A stretch of DNA of 40,202 nucleotides from Paracoccaceae bacterium (GTDB taxonomy: Bacteria; Pseudomonadota; Alphaproteobacteria; Rhodobacterales; Rhodobacteraceae), in the NCBI GenBank assembly GCA_009922885.1, contig RFUP01000001.1:1-40202 (forward strand), in the 5' to 3' direction. Position 1 is the stretch's first letter. Each line of letters opens with the position of its first letter. Of this stretch, positions 27,145 through 36,984 are shown in pieces. The translations under genes were made by a program, and so were the position numbers. Below the pieces are notes generated by a model. That model was not told the origin of the DNA. It saw only the letters and a program-made list of their open reading frames with translations, and ran no database searches.

Positions 27145-28161
27145 ATGATCCACAAGAACTGGTCGGAACTGATCAAGCCACAACAGCTTGACACCAAGGC
27201 GGGCAATGACCCGTCGCGTCAGGCAACGCTGGTCGCCGAACCGCTTGAGCGTGGCTTTGGCCTGACGCTGGGCAACGCCCTGCGCCGTGTGCTTTTGTCG
27301 TCGCTGCAAGGCGCAGCAATTACGTCTGTGCAGATTGATAATGTACTGCACGAGTTCTCGTCTGTTGCGGGTGTCCGCGAAGACGTGACTGATATCATTC
27401 TGAACCTCAAGGGCGTGAGCCTGAAGATGGAAGTCGAAGGGCCGAAGCGCGTTTCGATTTCTGCAAAAGGTCCGGGCGTTGTGAAGGCGGGCGATATCGC
27501 TTGCTCCGCAGGTATCGAGGTTCTGAACAAGGATCACGTGATCTGCCACCTCGACGATGGTGCTGACGTTTACATGGAACTGACCGTGAATACCGGTAAG
27601 GGCTATGTTTCGGCTGACAAGAACCGTCCGGAAGACGCGCCGATCGGTTTGATCCCGATCGACTCGATCTTCTCGCCGATCAAGCGTGTTTCCTACGAAG
27701 TTCAGCCGACCCGTGAAGGCCAGAACCTCGACCTCGACAAGCTGACGCTCAAAGTCGAAACCGATGGCTCGCTCACGCCGGAAGATGCCGTGGCTTATGC
27801 CGCGCGTATCCTTCAGGACCAGCTGCAGGTCTTCGTGAACTTCGACGAGCCGGATTCGTCCTCGAAGTCGGACGTCGACGATGGCCTCGAGTTCAACCCG
27901 CTCCTTCTCAAGAAGGTGGACGAGCTGGAACTTTCGGTGCGTTCGGCAAACTGCCTCAAGAACGACAACATCGTCTACATCGGCGATCTCATCCAGAAGA
28001 CCGAAGCAGAAATGCTGCGCACGCCGAACTTCGGCCGCAAGTCGCTGAACGAGATCAAAGAAGTGCTGTCCTCCATGGGTCTGCACCTCGGTATGGACGT
28101 CGAAGACTGGCCGCCAGACAACATCGAAGAGCTGGCGAAGAAGTACGAAGACGCCTTCTAA
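27145..28161 (+). CDS. rpoA: DNA-directed RNA polymerase subunit alpha
   Basis: '[13 protein letters not shown]...'. ATG 27145 has a GGAGGG RBS 5 nt upstream; the ORF-track ATG 27133 lies inside that RBS. The C-terminal domain contains '[22 protein letters not shown]'. Confidence 0.96.
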   Translation: MIHKNWSELIKPQQLDTKAGNDPSRQATLVAEPLERGFGLTLGNALRRVLLSSLQGAAITSVQIDNVLHEFSSVAGVREDVTDIILNLKGVSLKMEVEGPKRVSISAKGPGVVKAGDIACSAGIEVLNKDHVICHLDDGADVYMELTVNTGKGYVSADKNRPEDAPIGLIPIDSIFSPIKRVSYEVQPTREGQNLDLDKLTLKVETDGSLTPEDAVAYAARILQDQLQVFVNFDEPDSSSKSDVDDGLEFNPLLLKKVDELELSVRSANCLKNDNIVYIGDLIQKTEAEMLRTPNFGRKSLNEIKEVLSSMGLHLGMDVEDWPPDNIEELAKKYEDAF

Positions 28162-28297
28162 GAATTTCGGGGGTTTGCCCCGAATTCCGGATGGGCCCCA
28201 AAGGCCCATCCAACACCCTGGGCAATACCGCCCCAACGACGCAGACCGCAACGCACGGGCTGCAACACAAAGTAAAACGAGACTATAGGAGAAAGAC

Positions 28298-28714
28298 ATG
28301 CGTCACGCCCGCGGATACCGCCGCCTGAACCGCACCCACGAGCACCGTAAGGCGCTCTTCGCAAACATGTGTGGCTCGCTCATCGAGCATGAGCAGATCA
28401 AGACCACGCTGCCCAAAGCAAAAGAACTTCGCCCGATCATCGAAAAGCTGATCACGCTCGGCAAGCGCGGCGACATGCACGCCCGCCGTCTGGCCGCTTC
28501 CCAGCTGAAGCAGGACAAAGACGTCGCCAAGCTCTTCGCAGTCCTCGGCCCGCGCTACAAAGAGCGTCAGGGCGGCTACGTTCGCATCATGAAAGCCGGT
28601 TTCCGTTATGGCGACATGGCACCGATGGCGATCATCGAATTCGTCGATCGTGACGTCGATGCGAAAGGCGCAGCAGACCGTGCCCGCCTCGCAGCTGAAG
28701 AAGCTGCAGAATAA
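28298..28714 (+). CDS. rplQ: 50S ribosomal protein L17
   Basis: 138 aa. '[24 protein letters not shown]'. Confidence 0.97.
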   Translation: MRHARGYRRLNRTHEHRKALFANMCGSLIEHEQIKTTLPKAKELRPIIEKLITLGKRGDMHARRLAASQLKQDKDVAKLFAVLGPRYKERQGGYVRIMKAGFRYGDMAPMAIIEFVDRDVDAKGAADRARLAAEEAAE

Positions 28715-28741
28715 TTCTGCGCTTCACTGAAGAATTTCAGG

Positions 28742-28776
28742 CCCCTCGCTGCCGGGCAGCGAGGGGTTTGCTTTTG
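28742..28776 (+). terminator. Rho-independent terminator ending the alpha operon
   Basis: 11-bp stem cccctcgctgc (28742-28752) / gcagcgagggg (28756-28766), followed by tttgcttttg. Confidence 0.85.
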
Positions 28777-28850
28777 CGGGGCATGGCAATGCTTGCAATC
28801 CGCTTTGGACACTCGCATATCGAGAGGAGCCGCCCCAAAGGAGGTCCTTC

Positions 28851-30233
28851 ATGCGCCATTTTGTGATGCTCGTGCTTGCGTTGCTCTTGCCGTTCACGGC
28901 CGAAGCGGAGACGCGCGTTCCCCAGAATTCGGTCGAGATAGCTCTCGGGTTTCAGCCACTCGTGAAACAGGCGGCTCCTGCCGTTGTGAACATTTACGCA
29001 CGGCGGATTGTGGAAGAGCGAGTTTCGCCCTTTGCTGGAGACCTGTTTTTTGCAGATCTCTTCCGAGGCCTGGGCGAAGTGCGCCCGCAAGTGCAGAATT
29101 CTTTGGGTTCGGGGGTAATTCTGTCCCCTGATGGATTGGTGGTTTCGAACTATCATGTGGTTGGGCAGGCGACGGATATTCGGGTTGTCCTCACCGATCG
29201 CCGTGAATTCGAGGCGACGGTGGTTTTGGCCGATGAAGCTTCGGACCTTGCCGTTTTGAAACTGGATGGGGCAGAAGGCCTGCCCGCGCTGCCGCTTCGG
29301 GACAGTGATACGGTCGAGGTCGGGGAATTGGTCTTGGCGATCGGTAACCCATTCGGGGTCGGCCAGACGGTTACATCCGGTATCGTTTCGGGGCTTGCGC
29401 GCTCTGGCGGGGCGGCGGGCACCGGTCGGGGGTATTTCCTGCAGACGGATGCGGCTATCAACCCGGGTAATTCCGGGGGCGCGCTGATCGATATCAACGG
29501 GTCGCTGATCGGTATTAATACCTCGATTCTCACGCGGTCCGGCGGGTCAAACGGGATTGGATTTGCGATCCCGGCCAATCTTGTGGAGCGGTTCGTGGAG
29601 CAGGCGCACGAGGGGCGGAAACGTTTCGAACGGCCTTGGGCGGGGATCAACGGGCAGGCGGTGGATGGCGATATTGCCGCGTCGCTTGGGCTGGAAGTGC
29701 CGAGCGGTATCCTCGTCTCTGACATTCACGCGGAAAGCCCCTTTGCCGGGGCAGGTTTTCGCGCTGGCGATATTATTCAAAGCCTAGATGGGTATCTCGT
29801 GAACTCAGCGGCCGAGATGGTGTTCCGGATGAGCGTGGCCGGATTGGGGAATGAGGTTGAGGTCGGGTATTGGCGAGAGGGTAGTGTCTACACAACGCAG
29901 GTCTCGTTGCTGGCCGCGCCGGATAATCCGCCAAGGGACCGCCGGACAATGGCACAGGATGCCGTTCTTCCGGGGATGGTGGTCTTGAACGTGAACCCGG
30001 CGGTTCTCGCTGAATTCAACCTGCCGCTTGGGGCACAGGGGGTGGTTGTCGAGGATGCCGGCCCAATTGGTTCGCGGCTTGGGCTGCAAGTTGGTGATTT
30101 GATTTTAACTGTGAACGGCGAAATGGTTCGCACAAGTGAAGAGTTTGAACGAAGCTTGCAAGACGTGCGTCGCGGATTGGCTCTGGACGTTCAGCGCGGA
30201 TTGCAGCGTCTCTCTATTCGAGCGCGGATCTGA
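28851..30233 (+). CDS. Periplasmic serine endoprotease, DegP/DegQ (HtrA, S1C) family with two PDZ domains
   Basis: 460 aa. Signal peptide 'MRHFVMLVLALLLPFTAEA'. Catalytic triad contexts 'NYHVV', 'DLAVLK', 'GNSGGAL'. Confidence 0.9.
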   Translation: MRHFVMLVLALLLPFTAEAETRVPQNSVEIALGFQPLVKQAAPAVVNIYARRIVEERVSPFAGDLFFADLFRGLGEVRPQVQNSLGSGVILSPDGLVVSNYHVVGQATDIRVVLTDRREFEATVVLADEASDLAVLKLDGAEGLPALPLRDSDTVEVGELVLAIGNPFGVGQTVTSGIVSGLARSGGAAGTGRGYFLQTDAAINPGNSGGALIDINGSLIGINTSILTRSGGSNGIGFAIPANLVERFVEQAHEGRKRFERPWAGINGQAVDGDIAASLGLEVPSGILVSDIHAESPFAGAGFRAGDIIQSLDGYLVNSAAEMVFRMSVAGLGNEVEVGYWREGSVYTTQVSLLAAPDNPPRDRRTMAQDAVLPGMVVLNVNPAVLAEFNLPLGAQGVVVEDAGPIGSRLGLQVGDLILTVNGEMVRTSEEFERSLQDVRRGLALDVQRGLQRLSIRARI

Positions 30234-30235
30234 CC

Positions 30236-31549
30236 GTGGCTGATCTGTTCGACACGCCCGTTCCCGAGAACGCGCACCGCCCTTTGGCGGACAGGTTGCG
30301 GCCTCAGCGGCTATCCGAGGTGATTGGGCAGGAAGAGGTGTTGGGGCCAGATGCGCCGCTCGGCGTGATGCTGAAGTCCGGTAGCTTGTCCTCCTTGATC
30401 CTCTGGGGGCCGCCGGGTGTGGGCAAGACCACAATCGCGCGGCTTTTGGCAAAGGAAACGGATCTGCATTTCGAGCAGATCAGCGCTATTTTCTCTGGTG
30501 TTCCCGAGTTGAGGAAAGTCTTTGAGGCGGCAAAACTGCGCCGGAGGGCCGGCAAGGGCACTCTGCTTTTCGTCGATGAAATCCACCGCTTCAACAAAGC
30601 CCAGCAAGACGGTTTCCTGCCTTACATGGAGGACGGAACCATACTGTTGGTGGGGGCCACCACTGAAAACCCGAGCTTCGAGCTGAATGCCGCCGTGCTT
30701 TCCCGCGCGCAGGTTCTGATCCTGAACCGGCTTTCGGCGATAGACCTTGAGCGGTTGGTGCAGCGTGCCGAGAAAGAATTAGATCGGTCATTGCCCCTCA
30801 CCGGAGAGGCGCGCGAGGCCTTGATCGATATGGCCGATGGCGATGGGCGCGCCTTGCTCAATCTGGTGGAACAGGTTGCTGCATGGGGCGATAGCACCAA
30901 AATCGACCGCGACGGCCTTTCGCGCCGTTTGATGAAGCGGGCGGTCAAGTATGACAAGTCCGGTGATGAGCATTACAACCTGATTTCGGCTCTCCATAAG
31001 TCTGTGCGCGGCTCTGACCCTGATGCCGCGCTTTATTGGTTAGCGCGGATGATCGCGGGGGGCGAAGATCCGCGTTATCTGGCGCGCCGGATTCTTCGGA
31101 TGGCGGTTGAAGATATCGGACTTGCTGATCCACAAGCGCAATCTGTTTGTCTGCATGCGTGGGAAACCTACGAACGTTTGGGCAGCCCCGAAGGTGAGTT
31201 GGCGCTCGCAGAGGCCGTTACCTATCTCGCCCTCGCGCCGAAATCGAACGGGGTTTACACTGGATGGAAGGCGGCACTGAACGAGGCGCGGCGGACCGGG
31301 TCCGAACCGCCGCCGAAACACATTCTGAATGCGCCGACGCGCATGATGAAGGATCAGGGGTTCGGGGCTGGCTATGCCTATGACCACGACGCGGAGGATG
31401 GCTTCTCCGGGCAGAACTACTTCCCTGAAACCATGAAGCGGCCGGTGCTGTATCAACCAGTTGAGCGTGGGTTCGAACGCGAACTCAAGAAGCGGGTGGA
31501 GTGGTTTGCCAAATTGCGGGCAGACCGAAACGCCAAGGGGAATCCTTGA
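30236..31549 (+). CDS. rarA: Replication-associated recombination protein A (AAA+ ATPase)
   Basis: 437 aa. GTG start 2 nt after the protease stop. Walker A 'GPPGVGKTT', Walker B 'LFVDEIHRFNKAQQD'. MgsA C-terminal domain 'HYNLISALHKSVRGSDPDAALYWLARM'. Confidence 0.92.
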   Translation: MADLFDTPVPENAHRPLADRLRPQRLSEVIGQEEVLGPDAPLGVMLKSGSLSSLILWGPPGVGKTTIARLLAKETDLHFEQISAIFSGVPELRKVFEAAKLRRRAGKGTLLFVDEIHRFNKAQQDGFLPYMEDGTILLVGATTENPSFELNAAVLSRAQVLILNRLSAIDLERLVQRAEKELDRSLPLTGEAREALIDMADGDGRALLNLVEQVAAWGDSTKIDRDGLSRRLMKRAVKYDKSGDEHYNLISALHKSVRGSDPDAALYWLARMIAGGEDPRYLARRILRMAVEDIGLADPQAQSVCLHAWETYERLGSPEGELALAEAVTYLALAPKSNGVYTGWKAALNEARRTGSEPPPKHILNAPTRMMKDQGFGAGYAYDHDAEDGFSGQNYFPETMKRPVLYQPVERGFERELKKRVEWFAKLRADRNAKGNP

Positions 31550-31579
31550 CACCTTGCATTCCCTGAGCGACGAGGGGGC

Positions 31580-31960
31580 ATGATCCAAACTCTCGCACAA
31601 GTCGCCGCTGGCGGCGCCATCGGAGCTTCGGCCCGCTACCTTGTCGTAGCTTGGGCCACGCGCCTTTTCGGGCCGGGGTTCCCTTTGGGCACTCTTTTGG
31701 TGAACGTTATCGGCTCATTGGCGATCGGAGCCTTGGCGGCGCTTTTGCTGAACCCGAAAGGGAATGCAGCGCTTTCGCCGCTTCTCATCACAGGCGTGTT
31801 GGGAGGGTTCACCACATTCTCGGCTTTCTCGCTGGATGTGATGCGTTTGATCGAGGCGGGGCGGATGGGAACCGCTGCGCTCTATATGGTGCTTTCGGTC
31901 GTCTTATCACTTGTGGCATGCGCTCTCGGCATGTGGATGGCACGCGGAGGTGTCCTATGA
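31580..31960 (+). CDS. crcB: Fluoride ion channel CrcB/FluC
   Basis: 126 aa, 4 TM. 'GGAIGASARY', 'GTLLVNVIGS', 'GGFTTFSAFS'. Confidence 0.9.
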   Translation: MIQTLAQVAAGGAIGASARYLVVAWATRLFGPGFPLGTLLVNVIGSLAIGALAALLLNPKGNAALSPLLITGVLGGFTTFSAFSLDVMRLIEAGRMGTAALYMVLSVVLSLVACALGMWMARGGVL

Positions 31961-33000
31961 GCGGCGTTCAAACCCTGACCATTTCCGAAAACGATGCGGG
32001 CCAAAGGCTTGATCGCTGGATGCGGCGTGTGTTCCCGCATGTGAGCCAGATCCAGATCGAGAAGATTTGCCGGAAAGGTGAGATCCGCGTGGATGGTGGG
32101 CGAGTGAAAGCCAGCACCCGCCTTGAAGTCGGGCAATCAGTGCGAGTACCGCCACTGCCTGATGTGGCTGAATTGCGTGCCGCGACTGAAAGCCGAATCT
32201 CGCCGCAAGATGCTGCGATGATCCAGCGCTGCGTGATCTACAAGGACGACCATATTCTGGTGCTAAACAAGCCTGCCGGGCTTGCCTCGCAAGGTGGCTC
32301 CAAGACCACACGGCACATCGATCAGCTTTCGGATGCCTTGCGCTTTGGCTTCGAGGAAAAGCCGCGTCTTGTGCATCGATTGGACAAGGATACCTCAGGC
32401 GTACTTGTGATGGCACGTAACCGCCCTGCAGCGGCAGCACTGACGGCAGCGTTCCGGCATCATGGCACGCGCAAGATCTATTGGGCCATCGTGGCCGGAG
32501 TGCCTTCTCCTCGGCAAGGGACAATCAAATACGGGCTGATGAAAGCGCCGGGTCATGGCAAATCCGGCGAAGGCGAGAAAATGATCTGCATTCATCCTGC
32601 GAAGGTGGACCAGACACCGGGTGCCCAGCGGGCTGCATCGGATTACGCGGTAGTGCAAACGGCGGGGTCGCGTTGCGCTTGGGTTGCGCTGGAGCCACTC
32701 ACGGGGCGCACGCACCAGCTACGCGCGCATATGGCCGAGATGGGGCATCCGATCATTGGTGACGGTAAGTATGGCGGGTCCAGCCAAGAAAACCTCGGGG
32801 ATGGATGGGGGGCGCAGCTCGGCGGCGATATCAGCCGCAAGATGCATCTCCATGCGCGCCGTCTGATGATCCAGCATCCGGTGACGAAGAAAATGCTGAG
32901 TTTCACAGCACCGCTTTCGGAGCATATGCAGCGGACTTGGGATACCTTTGGTTGGGATCTCGATCTGGCAGATGAAGATCCTTTCGAAGGTCGGCATTGA
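31957..33000 (+). CDS. RluA-family 23S rRNA pseudouridine synthase (RluC/RluD-like, with S4 domain)
   Basis: The start is ATG 31957, an ATGA overlap with crcB. The ORF-track start 31651 runs through crcB in another frame. N-terminal S4-like 'GQRLDRWMRRVF' and the catalytic 'HRLDKDTSGVLV'. Confidence 0.88.
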   Translation: MSGVQTLTISENDAGQRLDRWMRRVFPHVSQIQIEKICRKGEIRVDGGRVKASTRLEVGQSVRVPPLPDVAELRAATESRISPQDAAMIQRCVIYKDDHILVLNKPAGLASQGGSKTTRHIDQLSDALRFGFEEKPRLVHRLDKDTSGVLVMARNRPAAAALTAAFRHHGTRKIYWAIVAGVPSPRQGTIKYGLMKAPGHGKSGEGEKMICIHPAKVDQTPGAQRAASDYAVVQTAGSRCAWVALEPLTGRTHQLRAHMAEMGHPIIGDGKYGGSSQENLGDGWGAQLGGDISRKMHLHARRLMIQHPVTKKMLSFTAPLSEHMQRTWDTFGWDLDLADEDPFEGRH

Positions 33001-33677
33001 TGCCGTTGAAGCTCGTCGTCTTTGACGTCGATGGAACTCTGGTCGACAGTCAGGCGGAAATTCTGGCCGCGATGCGAGCGGCCTTTGCGGCTGTTTCCCT
33101 GCCGGCGCCAGATCAAGTGAGCATTCTTGGCATTGTCGGACTGTCATTGGATCGGGCTATGGAAGTGCTTATGCCCGATGCGTCCAGCGCGACTCATGTT
33201 CGGTTGGTTGAGGAATATAAATCCTCTTTCCAGAAGCGTCGGTTGGAACATGGGGCGGGAGCCTCTCCGCTCTTTCCCGGGGCGCAAGAAGTTCTGGATC
33301 GACTGCTGAATCGCGAAGATGTGCTCATGGGAATCGCTACTGGAAAATCGAAGCGCGGGTTGGACGCGCTGTTCGAGGCGCATAATTTGAGCAAATACTT
33401 CGTGACAACCCAAGTGGCAGATCATCACCCTTCGAAACCGAATCCCTCTATGCTACTCGCAGCCCTGCAGGAAACGGGCACCAAAGCCGGGGCGGCGATG
33501 ATGATCGGGGACACGAGTTACGATATGGAGATGGCCCGTGCTGCAGGAATGCGGGGCATTGGAGTGTCTTGGGGATATCATAGCCTTGAGCGATTAGCGC
33601 CGGTGGCTGACACTGTGATCAACCGGTTCCTGGACTTACTTGAGACACCGGAGTTGGCGGAGGAAAGCGGCAGATGA
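33000..33677 (+). CDS. HAD-superfamily hydrolase (phosphoglycolate phosphatase-like)
   Basis: Motif I 'VVFDVDGTLVDS', motif IV 'GDTSYDMEMARAAG'. TGATG overlap with the upstream gene. Confidence 0.85.
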   Translation: MPLKLVVFDVDGTLVDSQAEILAAMRAAFAAVSLPAPDQVSILGIVGLSLDRAMEVLMPDASSATHVRLVEEYKSSFQKRRLEHGAGASPLFPGAQEVLDRLLNREDVLMGIATGKSKRGLDALFEAHNLSKYFVTTQVADHHPSKPNPSMLLAALQETGTKAGAAMMIGDTSYDMEMARAAGMRGIGVSWGYHSLERLAPVADTVINRFLDLLETPELAEESGR

Positions 33678-34396
33678 GCGGATGGAAAGCCAAGCGTTTC
33701 TGGGCGAATGTTACGGTCGTTGAAGAAGCTGAGGGTGGATGGGGTGTGCGCCTTGACGGGCGCGGCGTGAAGACACCTGCGAAAACGGCCTTGGTCGTGC
33801 CGACGAAAGCTATGGCCGAGGCGATCGCCGCCGAGTGGCAGGCCCAAGCCGAGATGGTTGATCCACGCACGATGCCAGTGACGCGCTCGGCCAATGCCGC
33901 GATTGATAAAGTGGCGTCGCAACGCAGCGAAGTGATTGATCTTATTGCGGCTTACGGCGGATCGGACTTGCTGTGCTACCGCGCGGAAACACCGATTACA
34001 CTTGTGGACCGTCAGGAAGAGGGCTGGGGGGCTTGGCTTCGGTGGGCAAAGACATCGCTCGGCGTGGAGCTCGTTTCAGCCAAGGGAGTGATGCATATCC
34101 CGCAAGACGCCAAGGCGCTTGCAACGTTGCACGCTTTGGTGGCCGGACACAGCAATTTCGAGATCGCGGCGCTGCATGATCTGGTCGGAATCTCTGGATC
34201 GTTGGTGTTGGGACTGGCGGTTTCGCAAGGCGCGCTGGACCCGGAAGAGGGCTGGCGCTTGTCGCGCCTCGATGAGGATTTCCAAGCGGAGGTCTGGGGC
34301 GAGGATGAAGAAGCGGTCGAAACCGCTATTCGCAAGAAAGCCGATTTTCTACATGCCCATCGTTTCATGACCTTGTGTCAACCGCATAGAACTTGA
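33674..34396 (+). CDS. ATP12-family F1-ATPase assembly chaperone
   Basis: 240 aa. 'KRFWANVTVVEEAEGGWGVRLDGRGVKTPAKTALVVPTKAMAEAIAAEWQAQ' is the typical ATP12/ATPAF2 N-terminus. ATGA overlap with the HAD gene. Confidence 0.85.
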   Translation: MSGWKAKRFWANVTVVEEAEGGWGVRLDGRGVKTPAKTALVVPTKAMAEAIAAEWQAQAEMVDPRTMPVTRSANAAIDKVASQRSEVIDLIAAYGGSDLLCYRAETPITLVDRQEEGWGAWLRWAKTSLGVELVSAKGVMHIPQDAKALATLHALVAGHSNFEIAALHDLVGISGSLVLGLAVSQGALDPEEGWRLSRLDEDFQAEVWGEDEEAVETAIRKKADFLHAHRFMTLCQPHRT

Positions 34397-34593
34397 TCAA
34401 ATACCTTGCATTGGCAGGGGCAAAGCAAGTATCCACATCGCGCCTAGTCGATCATTCGCTTGACCTTTTTTGGGGAATGAGACCAAACTTAAGGCACTGC
34501 AGCGGTGAAGGTGTGAGCCTGAGCCGCACTGGCGATGCCAGGAAAAAAACCAAACGCCCTCTGGGAGGGGGCGAAAATCAGGAAGAGGTAAAA

Positions 34594-35613
34594 ATGAAAA
34601 AATCAGTACTTCTTGGCGCAATGACCGTTGCCGGTCTGGCTGCTGGCGCTGCTGCTGCTGGCACGCTGGATGACGTCAAGGCGCGCGGCAAGCTGAACTG
34701 CGGCGTGACCACCGGTCTCGTTGGCTTCGCTGCTCCGGACGCAAACGGTAACTGGGATGGCTTCGACGTGGGCGTTTGCCGCGCTGTGGCTGCTGCCGTC
34801 TTCGGCGACCCGACCGCTGTCGAGTTCGTTCCGACCACCGGCAAGACCCGCTTCACCGCTCTCGCATCGGGCGAGATCGACATGCTGGCCCGTAACACCA
34901 CCTGGACCTTCTCGCGCGACACCGACCTCAAGTTCGATTTCGTCGGCGTGAACTACTACGATGGTCAGGGCTTCATGGTTCCGAAGGCGCTCGGCGTTTC
35001 TTCGGCAAAAGAGCTGAACGGCGCGACCGTCTGCATCCAGACCGGTACGACCACCGAACTGAACCTCGCGGACTTCTTCCGCGCGAACAACATCACCTAC
35101 ACGCCGGTTCCGATCGAGACCAATGCTGAAGCCCTTCAGCAGTACCTCGCAGGCGCTTGCGACACCTACACCACCGACGCATCGGGCCTCGCCGCTTCGC
35201 GCGCGACCTTCGAAGCCCCGGCTGACCACATCGTTCTTCCGGAAATCATTTCCAAAGAACCGCTCGGCCCGCTGGTGCGTCATGGCGACAACGACTGGGG
35301 TGACATCGTTCGCTGGACCCTCAACGCTCTGATCGCGGCTGAAGAACTGGGCATCACCTCGGCAAACGTGGCTGAACTTTCGGCTGCTCCGACGTCGAAC
35401 CCGGAAATCAACCGTCTGCTCGGCACCGAAGGTGAACTGGGCAAAATGATCGGCCTCGACGGCGCCTGGGCGAAGAACGCCATTGCTGCTGTCGGCAACT
35501 ACGGTGAAGTTTTCGAGAAGAACATCGGTTCGAACACTGCAATCGGTCTGGCCCGTGGCCTGAACGCTCAGTGGACCGATGGCGGCCTCCTCTACACGCC
35601 GCCCTTCCGTTGA
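34594..35613 (+). CDS. aapJ: General L-amino acid ABC transporter, periplasmic binding protein
   Basis: Start at ATG 34594 with a GGAAGAGG RBS and signal peptide 'MKKSVLLGAMTVAGLAAGAAAAG'. Close resemblance to Rhizobium AapJ ('TTELNLADFF', 'LPEIISKEPLGP', 'GNYGEVFEKNIG'). Confidence 0.88.
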   Translation: MKKSVLLGAMTVAGLAAGAAAAGTLDDVKARGKLNCGVTTGLVGFAAPDANGNWDGFDVGVCRAVAAAVFGDPTAVEFVPTTGKTRFTALASGEIDMLARNTTWTFSRDTDLKFDFVGVNYYDGQGFMVPKALGVSSAKELNGATVCIQTGTTTELNLADFFRANNITYTPVPIETNAEALQQYLAGACDTYTTDASGLAASRATFEAPADHIVLPEIISKEPLGPLVRHGDNDWGDIVRWTLNALIAAEELGITSANVAELSAAPTSNPEINRLLGTEGELGKMIGLDGAWAKNAIAAVGNYGEVFEKNIGSNTAIGLARGLNAQWTDGGLLYTPPFR

Positions 35614-35630
35614 TCTGATCTGACCGGAGG

Positions 35631-35664
35631 AGGGGCGCTGGGGATTACCCCTGCGCCCCTTTTT
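35631..35664 (+). terminator. Intercistronic terminator/attenuator hairpin after aapJ
   Basis: Stem aggggcgc-t-gggg (35631-35643) / cccc-t-gcgcccct (35648-35660), 12 bp with one T.T mismatch and an AUUA loop, followed by ttttt. Confidence 0.7.
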
Positions 35665-35768
35665 CCATCTCGCTTCCTTCAAACAAGAAGCGACCCATTG
35701 CCGAGGCGCGGCCTACGTGCCCGGATTGAACAAAAAAGTTCTGGGGTCGCCAAGACGGGGAAATCCAT

Positions 35769-36983
35769 ATGTCGACGCTCACCGATCCATCGGCGGAGTC
35801 GTTCCGGCTATCTATGCTGGTCAACGATACGCGGTACCGATCCTACACTTTCCAATTTATTGCACTGCTCTGCATCATTGCGCTTTTCAGTTATCTGGGC
35901 GTCAACCTTGTGCAAAACCTTCGCCAGGCGGGTCTGAACATTTCGTTCGACTTTCTGGGCAACCCCTCGGGCTACGATATCAACCAGCGCCCGATCGAAT
36001 ATAACAGCCAGTCGGCGCATTTCCGCGCCGCCATGGTGGGGATCCTGAACACGCTCATCGTGGCGTTTCTGGCCTGTATCTCGGCGACTGTGATCGGCGT
36101 GTTCGCCGGTGTGGCGCGCCTTTCGCCGAACTGGCTTCTGCGGAAGCTCATGTCGTTCTACGTGGAAGCGTTCCGCAACGTGCCGGTGCTGATCTGGATC
36201 TTGATCATCTTCTCGATCATGACCGCAGCCCTTCCCGCGCCGAATGCGTTCCGCGGCGAGAACCCTACAGCGTCGATGCTGTGGGATGCCTTCGCGTTTA
36301 CCAATCGCGGCGTTTACGCACCGAAGCCGATCTGGCTGGATGGTTCGTGGATCGTGGTAGCGACGTTCCTTCTTTCCGTAGTGGGCGCGATTGCCTATCG
36401 GCGGTATGCGACCAAGCTTCTTTACGCGACGGGCCGTTTGCTTCCGATGGGATGGCCGACTTTGGCTATCATTATCCTGCCTGCGTTAATCATGTATTAC
36501 CTGACGGGACGCCCCATCGATCTGGAATATCCGGCGCTGAAAGGCTTTAACTTTCAGGGCGGCGTGAACATGCTCGGGTCGCTTATCGCCCTTTGGTTCG
36601 CGCTGGCGATCTACACGGGCGCGTTCATTGCCGAGAACGTTCGCGCGGGCATTCAGGCGATTTCGAAAGGCCAAACGGAAGCGGCTGCTTCGCTGGGTCT
36701 GCGCCCGAACCGGATCATGAACCTTGTGATCCTGCCGCAGGCGCTGCGGGTGATCATTCCGCCGCTGATTTCGCAATACCTGAACATCACCAAGAACTCC
36801 TCGCTGGCGATTGCCGTGGGGTACATGGATATCACGGGCACGCTGGGCGGCATCACGCTGAACCAGACGGGCCGTGCAATCGAATGCGTTCTGTTGCTGA
36901 TGCTGTTCTACCTCACGATTTCGCTCGCGATTTCGGCGGTGATGAACCTCTACAACAACGCCGTAAAGCTGAAGGAGCGCTGA
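35769..36983 (+). CDS. aapQ: General L-amino acid ABC transporter permease
   Basis: 404 aa, multi-TM. Permease EAA-type loop 'GQTEAAASLGLRPNRIMNLVILPQALRVIIPPL'. Confidence 0.88.
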   Translation: MSTLTDPSAESFRLSMLVNDTRYRSYTFQFIALLCIIALFSYLGVNLVQNLRQAGLNISFDFLGNPSGYDINQRPIEYNSQSAHFRAAMVGILNTLIVAFLACISATVIGVFAGVARLSPNWLLRKLMSFYVEAFRNVPVLIWILIIFSIMTAALPAPNAFRGENPTASMLWDAFAFTNRGVYAPKPIWLDGSWIVVATFLLSVVGAIAYRRYATKLLYATGRLLPMGWPTLAIIILPALIMYYLTGRPIDLEYPALKGFNFQGGVNMLGSLIALWFALAIYTGAFIAENVRAGIQAISKGQTEAAASLGLRPNRIMNLVILPQALRVIIPPLISQYLNITKNSSLAIAVGYMDITGTLGGITLNQTGRAIECVLLLMLFYLTISLAISAVMNLYNNAVKLKER

Positions 36984-36984
36984 G

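Noticed and set aside
28784-28797. A sigma54-like TGGCA...TTGCA element upstream of the DegP-like gene.
   Set aside because: The GG-to-GC spacing is 10 nt rather than the 12 nt of the TGGCAC-N5-TTGCA consensus, so it does not fit a -24/-12 promoter.
31550-31579. A fluoride riboswitch upstream of crcB.
   Set aside because: Only 30 nt separate rarA from crcB, which is too short for the ~52-nt conserved core plus an expression platform.
34406-34435. Candidate aapJ promoter TTGCAT-N18-TATCCA. Similarly, TTGCAA-N17-CATATC at 28793-28821 before the protease gene, and TTGACG-N17-TACCCA at 26075-26103 before rpsM.
   Set aside because: The -10 hexamers are weak and the spacing is non-optimal. They are plausible but not strong enough to list as features without TSS data.
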